Shown one piece after another: positions 63,133 to 64,000 of a stretch of DNA of 64,000 nt (within the stretch, counting starts at the first letter, position 1; each line of letters opens with the position of its first letter). The notes beneath the pieces are model-generated. The model was given only the letters and a program-made list of their open reading frames with translations, was not told the DNA's origin and searched no databases. The stretch is taken from NCBI GenBank assembly GCA_965112155.1, contig OZ218114.1. One strand, 5' to 3'. The position numbers and the translations under genes were made by a program. The stretch is from Podarcis liolepis. Its lineage: Eukaryota.

Positions 63133-64000
63133 CTGGCTATCGATATTGAAAGCCACTGAGAGGTAAAAGAGAGTTGATAGAATTGCACTCTGTCATTCTC
63201 CTGACAGAGCTTATTTCACAGGGCAACCGATGTTGTTTCAGTGTCAGAACTGGACATACATTCCAAATGAAATGGACTCAGGAAAATCAGCCTCATCCAA
63301 GGAAGTCTACTGGGCGCAAATACATTTATCCAGACCAAATAATCAATCCTCTGAAACGGATAACCAAAACAGTCCTATCTCAAACTGACATTCCAAGTCC
63401 CTGGCAACTGGCTTTGTTATCCTTCTTGTGGAAGGGCTGTTCCGTTAAAATGCCACCATTAACATTTTTTTAAAAAAATGTCCACGAATAACATTTCCTC
63501 CTTCACTTGCAACTCCTTTTTATAGGCATCCTTAATTAACAGGATGTGTGGTGGGGCATGCAAAAAAAAAAAACCACCAAAAAACCCCCATGCAGCATAT
63601 TAGAAGCCTGACTCTGAAAGAACAACCCAGCCTGCTGCATTTAACTATGCATAGGAATCAATTACTTACTTAGCAGCAACCGCCCTCCCAGATCATTGAT
63701 CATATTTCATATCACTTCAGTTTCTGCACTCTTCCAAAACACTTTATTGTTGGTCTTTAGAAGCATTTTCTGCACCTCCGGTGTCAAGAGGACTTAGGTA
63801 TTTTGTGGATATTCCAACACCTCCCACATGCTGAGATTCGCAGCGCACTCATTTGCACTGAGTTTTATAGCTTTTAATAGACTCACTTCGTAACCAGGGC
63901 TGCTTCCTGCCAACAGCCAAAGGGCCCAATAATCAATATTCTATTTAAGTTTCAAATTAATCTTTCATATTTAGTGGCATGTAAGCCTTCATATGACAGC

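Larger units (their letters stand above)
1..64000 (-). other. NCAM1: NCAM1 gene body (partial: first intron to the intron after MSD1c)
   Basis: Twelve minus-strand exons with GT-AG boundaries and compatible phases translate to Ig1-Ig5 plus FN3-1 of NCAM1. Exon sizes (75,213,144,138,118,170,143,151,185,97,171,132) match the recalled mammalian structure except exon 2. No start or terminal exon seen. Confidence 0.97.
35920..64000 (-). other. NCAM1: 3' portion of the large first intron of NCAM1
   Basis: No NCAM signal-peptide exon or other recognisable coding exon upstream of exon 1; only TE remnants and unique non-coding DNA. Confidence 0.85.

Overview
Eukaryotic (vertebrate) genomic DNA, most likely a squamate reptile and probably a lacertid lizard, judging by the repeats (Sauria-SINE tail, BovB/RTE, CR1, L2, Tc1/pogo and hAT MITEs). 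The whole window lies inside one minus-strand gene, NCAM1 (neural cell adhesion molecule 1). Twelve constitutive coding exons (classical exons 1-12: Ig1-Ig5 and the first FN3 domain; 1737 nt) join into one frame through canonical GT-AG sites between 35919 and 10494. Four alternative micro-exons missed by the ORF track are also present: VASE (30 nt), MSD1a (15 nt), a candidate 27-nt MSD1b and MSD1c (42 nt). Positions 35920-64000 are the 3' part of the large first intron. The signal-peptide exon, the AAG micro-exon and the FN3-2/anchor exons were not found in the window. Most listed ORFs are spurious or transposon remnants. I see no evidence for a wholly new biological system. The most interesting observations are the short MSD1b candidate whose 3' splice site sits in a perfect 10-bp hairpin, several RFX X-box palindromes (one overlapping the MSD1c acceptor), a K-to-T change in the Ig2 heparin-binding motif, and structured transposon relics inside the alternatively spliced region.
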